Made by a program: the position numbers and the translations under genes. This document shows, in pieces, positions 58,766 to 64,000 of a DNA stretch of 64,000 nt (positions are counted from its first letter, which is position 1; the number at the start of each line of letters is the position of its first letter). The stretch is from assembly GCA_032372955.1 (NCBI GenBank), contig GCA_032372955.1_4725.1. One strand, 5' to 3'. Source of the stretch: Escherichia coli. Lineage in GTDB: Bacteria > Pseudomonadota > Gammaproteobacteria > Enterobacterales > Enterobacteriaceae. The notes under the pieces are model-generated. The model did not search any database and was not told the origin of the DNA. It saw only the letters and a program-made list of their open reading frames with translations.

Positions 58766-60919
58766 ATGGAAAATCCGTTCTTTTACGATGAAAACGGATA
58801 TGGTCGTACGTTGGATATGACCAAAGAAGCGGTACAGGATTATACCCTGTTCTTAATGCGCACGCGTGGGATATCTCAGCAGGAAGCGTTGCAGTTTGTT
58901 CTTGAAACGGTTCGTCCTGGTGGAAAATACGGGATGGTTGATCCCGACTGCCTGGTATTAACACAGCGTACCGAAGGAAATCGAGAAAAAGAAGTCATCA
59001 AGTTCAGCCAATACTTCAACGATATTAAAGAAAATAATTTAATTATCACGCCGGTATGGGCTAACTGTTATCCGCGTGAAACACGTTCCAGTGTGTTAAG
59101 CGACTTCGCGGTTGAAAACGGTAAGTTGCGTAAGAAACAAAAGAAACAAATGTCGATAGCACAAGCACACGGACGTAAAGACGAAGCGGAGCTACACGAT
59201 AAACGACAAACCAACACCAAGTTAGACAACAACAGTTTGTCAGGAACCCAGGCGTCCAAGTTCAACCCTTTTTATAATCCGATTGCGCATCCAAGTTTAA
59301 CGACAACATGTCGCTGTGCTTCAGGTTCAGCCAATGCGAACAACGAACGCTTCCTTGCGGGCAATTTCCATTATTACGATTGTGATATCGCAATTGAAAA
59401 CATCGTGAGTATTGTCCGTAACAGCGATCGTAAGGCCATTGAGCAGGTAATGGTAAAATACAAACTGCATTACCCTACGCCGGAAGAGGTTTGGGCTAAC
59501 GTATCGAAATGCTTGCATCGATATACTTTCGACCCAGAGAAAGAGCTGACCATCCGGGAGCTAATTACCGGTTTAACGCCATTAGAACGCGCCTGCTACA
59601 TGTACAGCAATAACCTGTACTCGTTACGTGAGCTTAATCCTGAATTCGTTCGAGATTTTCTTGATTCGTTATGTGAGCTGGCATCCGAACCTGTTGAAAC
59701 GATGGAAGAGGCTAAAGCCATTATTGCTTCCATGGATAACAACACGGTCGCTTGGATCACAGCACAATGTACGGAGTTCTTGAATGGGGAGGCGATTTAC
59801 GTAGCGCTAGAAAAAGGAAATGAACTTGGTTATCGTCTTACCGCAGCAACGACAAAATTAATGCTGCAGCGTATCCAAAGCTACGCTGATTTGATTATGG
59901 CGTTCTGGCGTACCGAGAACCAACCGGCTGGAGTTTATGCTTTCCCGTCGGCAATCCGTGAAGTGGGTGTGTTGTCTGATACCGACTCGACGGTGTTTAC
60001 CTGCCAGGAGTGGGTTCAGTGGCGATTTGGAAATATGGAGATCAATCCAATTTCGACGCGCTTAGCAAACACGCTTATCTATCTGGTTACGCAGATTACG
60101 GTTCATCTGATGGCGATGTGTTCTGGTAATATCGGTGTAGCGAAAGAGCATATGTACGTGATGGAAATGAAGAACGAATATATGTTCTTGATTCTGTCGT
60201 TAACCTCGATGGGTAAAAACTATTACGGTTACATGACCATGCGTGAAGGGGTTCCTATCAATCCACCGAAGCTGGAATTGAAAGGTCCGGTTATGCGTGA
60301 TGCGTCAGCACCAAAAATGATCGTCAAACGTGTTGAACGCATGATGTGCGGTATCATGGATAAGCTGTTACGTAATGAGAAGATCAGCATTCGATTGGTT
60401 CTTGACGATATTATCTCGTTAGAAAACGAAATCGTTGAGTCCATGAAACGCGGTGATCCCGATTTCTTAACACGTGTTAAAGTGAAGCCACATGTTGCGG
60501 TAACGAAACAGTCTTACGATATGTGGGAAGAGGTGTTTGCTCAATCGTACGGCCATTGCCAGGAACCACCCTATATTGGGGTTCGTGTGCCGTTGGCGAC
60601 GAAGAACAAAACGCTTCTTAACGATTGGATTGATTCCTGGGAGGATAAAGGGTTACAACAACGTTTCCGTGATTGGATTGTACGTAACGATAAGAAAACG
60701 ATAAGCAACTTAACGATACCATTACCGGTGATCGAAGCCTCCGGGCTTCCCGATATCTTTATTCAAGGGATGGATATTCGTCGATTGATTTCTACGCTCG
60801 TGCGTTCGTATTACGCGTTAATGGAAAGTTACGGTATTTTCATCTCGAATAAAAACAATACATTGTTAGCCCAAGACATTGCAGCAAGTTATTTACCGAA
60901 GCGAGAAACCACAGAGTAA
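58766..60919 (+). CDS. hypothetical protein, 717 aa
   Basis: ATG with GGAGG SD; contains acidic SDTDS and GKNYYGY motifs of unknown significance. Confidence 0.7.
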   Translation: MENPFFYDENGYGRTLDMTKEAVQDYTLFLMRTRGISQQEALQFVLETVRPGGKYGMVDPDCLVLTQRTEGNREKEVIKFSQYFNDIKENNLIITPVWANCYPRETRSSVLSDFAVENGKLRKKQKKQMSIAQAHGRKDEAELHDKRQTNTKLDNNSLSGTQASKFNPFYNPIAHPSLTTTCRCASGSANANNERFLAGNFHYYDCDIAIENIVSIVRNSDRKAIEQVMVKYKLHYPTPEEVWANVSKCLHRYTFDPEKELTIRELITGLTPLERACYMYSNNLYSLRELNPEFVRDFLDSLCELASEPVETMEEAKAIIASMDNNTVAWITAQCTEFLNGEAIYVALEKGNELGYRLTAATTKLMLQRIQSYADLIMAFWRTENQPAGVYAFPSAIREVGVLSDTDSTVFTCQEWVQWRFGNMEINPISTRLANTLIYLVTQITVHLMAMCSGNIGVAKEHMYVMEMKNEYMFLILSLTSMGKNYYGYMTMREGVPINPPKLELKGPVMRDASAPKMIVKRVERMMCGIMDKLLRNEKISIRLVLDDIISLENEIVESMKRGDPDFLTRVKVKPHVAVTKQSYDMWEEVFAQSYGHCQEPPYIGVRVPLATKNKTLLNDWIDSWEDKGLQQRFRDWIVRNDKKTISNLTIPLPVIEASGLPDIFIQGMDIRRLISTLVRSYYALMESYGIFISNKNNTLLAQDIAASYLPKRETTE

Positions 60920-60934
60920 CATAATCCACCACCC

Positions 60935-60966
60935 CATCCTCCCTTCCCTTACGGGTTGGGAGGATG
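60935..60966. terminator. nested GC-rich hairpin at a convergent gene junction
   Basis: catcctccc-tt-ccc-ttac-ggg-tt-gggaggatg; inner part is the reverse complement of the 11903 hairpin core. Confidence 0.55.
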
Positions 60967-60985
60967 CAAGGGAAGAGGGAGGTGA

Positions 60986-62080
60986 TTATGCACCAGCAGG
61001 AAGAATTTTTAAGAGGTCGGCAACCTGTGCAATAACTTCACGTCTTAAATCGCCAGGTAACGGAGAGGATTCCCAGTTACCTTCTTTTAGACTCCGGTCG
61101 GCAGCACGGTACAGGTCATTATCGATTTGACTGCTGAACCCGACGCTTTCAGATACGTTTTGCAATGTGACGAGTTGTTGCCATAATGACAGACAACCCA
61201 GATCCCTTGCCCATCTCGTTTGTCGAAGATCGACGGTGTAGCCCATTCGGGTTGCTTGGTACTGATCCCCGTATAAACTCGGTATCTGTTTAAGCATGTC
61301 GGTGTAGCTTCGTCTTCTGCGTAATAAATGATGCTGTACAGACAGAACGACTTGACTGAATACGTTATCCAGGTCGTTAACGTAAATTGGTGATTTGAGT
61401 GGATTCTTAGCCGGAGATACCCATAAACAACGATTGCGTATAACAACATCGTTGTGTGAGTATAATGCGTTAACCAACGGAAAACTCGCAAGAAAGCTTG
61501 TAACCGGTTCTTTAACCACCCATTTACCGTCGTCGTTATGACCCATGACCAAAGACCACATTCGATACTGTAGCGCTAATAAAGGTACATCAACCATAAT
61601 GACCGCAAAACCTCGTCCTTCTTCAACCTGCTTTTGGTGAAGAGGAATGTAACGAAGATTTGCGTATGGGTGCGTCACGATTCTAACTGGTGACCAATTA
61701 CGCCAGTTGTCAAGAATGTCACGTGAAATAAGACGACTTTCACCGGTTGCGATAATAGCTTCGTGCAATCCTGGATAGAAAGCACCGTCGAATAACTTAC
61801 CCGCGTATCTTGATGTTGTCAACTTGACACGATTACCCAATTCTGGGGTAAGATCGAGAATCATGTCGTAGTAAGTTTGTACTGAGATGTCGTATCTCAT
61901 AGGGAGCTGTGCAAGCAGCAACGCAAGGATGTGATCGCTCTGAACCGCGAAGGTAAAACCCTGATAGTGGTTCTGGATTGTCTGTAGGTTTCTTTGAACT
62001 TCGCGTATTAGATAGTCTTTCTGAGGGACGGGTTGCACACCCGATGATGTTCGCGGGAGGTTATTTAAAACACGAAACAT
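60986..62080 (-). CDS. hypothetical protein
   Basis: 364 aa; ATG with GGAG SD (minus). Confidence 0.7.
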   Translation of the reverse strand: MFRVLNNLPRTSSGVQPVPQKDYLIREVQRNLQTIQNHYQGFTFAVQSDHILALLLAQLPMRYDISVQTYYDMILDLTPELGNRVKLTTSRYAGKLFDGAFYPGLHEAIIATGESRLISRDILDNWRNWSPVRIVTHPYANLRYIPLHQKQVEEGRGFAVIMVDVPLLALQYRMWSLVMGHNDDGKWVVKEPVTSFLASFPLVNALYSHNDVVIRNRCLWVSPAKNPLKSPIYVNDLDNVFSQVVLSVQHHLLRRRRSYTDMLKQIPSLYGDQYQATRMGYTVDLRQTRWARDLGCLSLWQQLVTLQNVSESVGFSSQIDNDLYRAADRSLKEGNWESSPLPGDLRREVIAQVADLLKILPAGA

Positions 62081-62232
62081 ACGAACTCCGTAAGAAGATG
62101 GTAAACGGATATGACATTACTCTCAATAAGAGAAGTAAAAGTTTACAGACATATCCTGATTATATGTAGAAAGAATGTTGCTTCTCGGCAGCGTTCGCCT
62201 AGGGGTTTATATCGTTCAATGTGGTTACACCA

Positions 62233-62263
62233 ATATTGAAAAAAATTTCAGGGTTATATTACC
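62233..62263 (+). promoter_or_regulatory. candidate phage promoter, copy 3 of conserved 31-bp motif
   Basis: TATTGAAAAAAATTTCAGGGTTATATTACCT, about 70 nt upstream of ATG 62335. Confidence 0.5.
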
Positions 62264-62334
62264 TAGGTGAATGAGCGAGTAGAAGCTGATTCAATGACGT
62301 CATTTAATAAAGTTTAAGAAAAGAGGAATCCCAA

Positions 62335-64000
62335 ATGGGCTTAGACGTACGTAATAACGGTAACGATAATGTAGAAATTCGTGCAGCTGAAACCCGCACC
62401 GCACAACGTGCTGATGAGGCGCTGGAAACCGCTGCAGATTTTGCCGACCGTCCTAAAGTAACTCATACGATGCGTACGATCAACCGTACACTGAGCCGTC
62501 GTATCAGCCGTAATACCGGCTCCGAGCAGGTACTGAATCTCCGTCGTCTGATGGAGAAATATCTGGAAGATACCCAGTTCAAAGACGACTTCATCTTTGT
62601 TGCGGTTGACCCGAACCAGTACAGCGTACCGTATCCGACCCTGGTTGTTATGAGCGGTGCAAAAGTTGGTGACCATAACCACTTCTTCGGTTACGTCCTG
62701 CCGCTGGTTGCTGGTTTGGCTCCGCTGCCGCGTCGTGAAGAACAAGGTCCGCATGGTAACATTCTGGTACCGCGTACCTGGGTTGATAACCTGAACGGTA
62801 CGTTCATCAACGAAGTCATGGCGGCAATGTATTCAGCTATTGGCGGTAAGTCTAACGGTACTGTTCGTATCGCTGGTCTGGCTGTGGTGACCAATGAAAT
62901 CACCGCTGAATCTGCGCATCTGGCAACCACCCTGCTGTCTGCTGCAGATAACGCAATCCAAACCGCGATCGAAATCCGTCTCGGTGATAAACTGGGTCTG
63001 CCGCAGTTCAACCTGGGCATGATGGCAAGCGATCAGCCAATCAGCAGCGTTCAGTACAACACCAGCGGTATGCAGGACAGCGATATTGTTGGTAACCCTG
63101 TGCGTTCTGACATCACTGTAACTATCTCTAACCGCATCCGTCAAGCGATGAGCGATTACGATAGTCAACAGCGTCTGGTCGCCACCACCGGTTACATTGA
63201 CCTGACCTACAGCCCGCAGAACCCGACCTTCAACCAAGGCCCTGTTCTGGTTAACGGTTATCCGGTACCGCCGACTGTACAATACCAGCCGCGTTACGTG
63301 ATGACCAGCGCTTACCCGCTGGAGCTGGATGCGTTCACACCGAACAGCTTCGTGCTGGGTCTGATTGGTACCATCGCTACGCTGAACAGCGGCATGGCAT
63401 GGGCACAGTCTTTAATCAGCAACGCGGCTCGTGGTATTGGTCCGCATAACCCAGGTGCTCTGGCGATGGTACTGGATCCGGAAGTTACCGCACCGCTGGA
63501 TCTGTCTACTCAAACCAACGAGCAGATTTACAAGTTCCTGCAACAGGTACTGTATCCGTCTCTGCTGATTTCTATCGACGTACCGGAAGAAGGCGAATAC
63601 AGCTGGCTGCTGCGTATGATCCCGGCGGCTGAGAAGATCTATACGGGTAATGTTGAAGGTAAAGTTCAGGAAGTCTCTGAAGGCTACAAAGCACTTTACC
63701 GTGCCTTCGATGATACTACCCTGGGTTGCTTCAGCAAGAAATATCAATACGGTCAACCGCTGGTCTACGCTACCGGTAACCGTATCCCGCTGGGTTACTA
63801 CAACCACCAGGATGGTCACCGTCACGATATTCGTGATATGGACGATCTGTACATGATGAACATCACTAACCCTGATACCGTAGAAGCTTGGGAAGACAGC
63901 TTCGACCGTACCGATATGACGATGTCTCAGCGTGTTGTCGCTCGTCACGAAATCATCGATCGTGTTCTGTCTGGTAGCTGGGAACAAACCGGCTGGGCAA
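62335..64000 (+). CDS. abundant protein, 5' partial in window (at least 555 aa): candidate chimallin-like nuclear shell protein, alternatively major capsid protein
   Basis: ATG 62335 with GAGG SD; extreme codon bias (CTG, CCG, CGT, GGT, ACC); own promoter motif; about ten genes from PhuZ, which resembles shell-PhuZ spacing in nucleus-forming phages as recalled; runs off window end. Confidence 0.5.
   Translation, partial: MGLDVRNNGNDNVEIRAAETRTAQRADEALETAADFADRPKVTHTMRTINRTLSRRISRNTGSEQVLNLRRLMEKYLEDTQFKDDFIFVAVDPNQYSVPYPTLVVMSGAKVGDHNHFFGYVLPLVAGLAPLPRREEQGPHGNILVPRTWVDNLNGTFINEVMAAMYSAIGGKSNGTVRIAGLAVVTNEITAESAHLATTLLSAADNAIQTAIEIRLGDKLGLPQFNLGMMASDQPISSVQYNTSGMQDSDIVGNPVRSDITVTISNRIRQAMSDYDSQQRLVATTGYIDLTYSPQNPTFNQGPVLVNGYPVPPTVQYQPRYVMTSAYPLELDAFTPNSFVLGLIGTIATLNSGMAWAQSLISNAARGIGPHNPGALAMVLDPEVTAPLDLSTQTNEQIYKFLQQVLYPSLLISIDVPEEGEYSWLLRMIPAAEKIYTGNVEGKVQEVSEGYKALYRAFDDTTLGCFSKKYQYGQPLVYATGNRIPLGYYNHQDGHRHDIRDMDDLYMMNITNPDTVEAWEDSFDRTDMTMSQRVVARHEIIDRVLSGSWEQTGWA

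Noticed and set aside
58597-58791. ORF of 64 aa in the 58.5 kb intergenic island
   Set aside because: Reads straight through the strong UUCG terminator hairpin and U-tract; no RBS.
1-64000. CRISPR arrays, tRNA or rRNA genes, integrase or transposase
   Set aside because: No evenly spaced direct repeats, no cloverleaf-like conserved tRNA boxes noticed in intergenic regions, and no recombinase motifs seen; a tRNAscan-SE run would be needed to exclude tRNAs definitively.

Overview
This window reads as a 64 kb stretch of a phiKZ-like, nucleus-forming jumbo phage of an enterobacterial host, read by eye without any database search. It is densely coding on both strands, with about 60 protein genes, Shine-Dalgarno sites, frequent ATGA/TAATG start-stop overlaps and roughly 48% GC. 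Recognisable landmarks are: (1) a split multisubunit RNA polymerase cluster (beta-prime N-terminal fragment and beta fragment) sitting next to a 2221-aa giant protein with a C-terminal GH19-type lysozyme domain; (2) a tail sheath and tail tube pair; (3) a large terminase; (4) a PhuZ-like tubulin; (5) a strongly codon-biased gene running off the 3' end that is a candidate chimallin (nuclear shell) or major capsid protein. The most notable finding is that both RNA polymerase genes appear interrupted by 482-nt group I introns carrying the canonical P, Q, R and S core elements. Splicing the first would restore the catalytic DFDGD motif of beta-prime, and splicing the second would join the two beta ORFs in frame near the fork-loop region. 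Other signals are a 31-bp promoter-like motif (TATTGrAAAAAAnTnnAGGnyTATATTACCT) found three times upstream of plus-strand genes, a family of GC-rich nested hairpins at five convergent gene junctions, UUCG-tetraloop intrinsic terminators, a likely frameshift or recoding chain at 55.1-56.7 kb, and a candidate small RNA locus at 58.5-58.7 kb. No CRISPR array, rRNA or convincing tRNA was seen. Functional calls rest on motif recognition and synteny from memory and should be confirmed by homology search.
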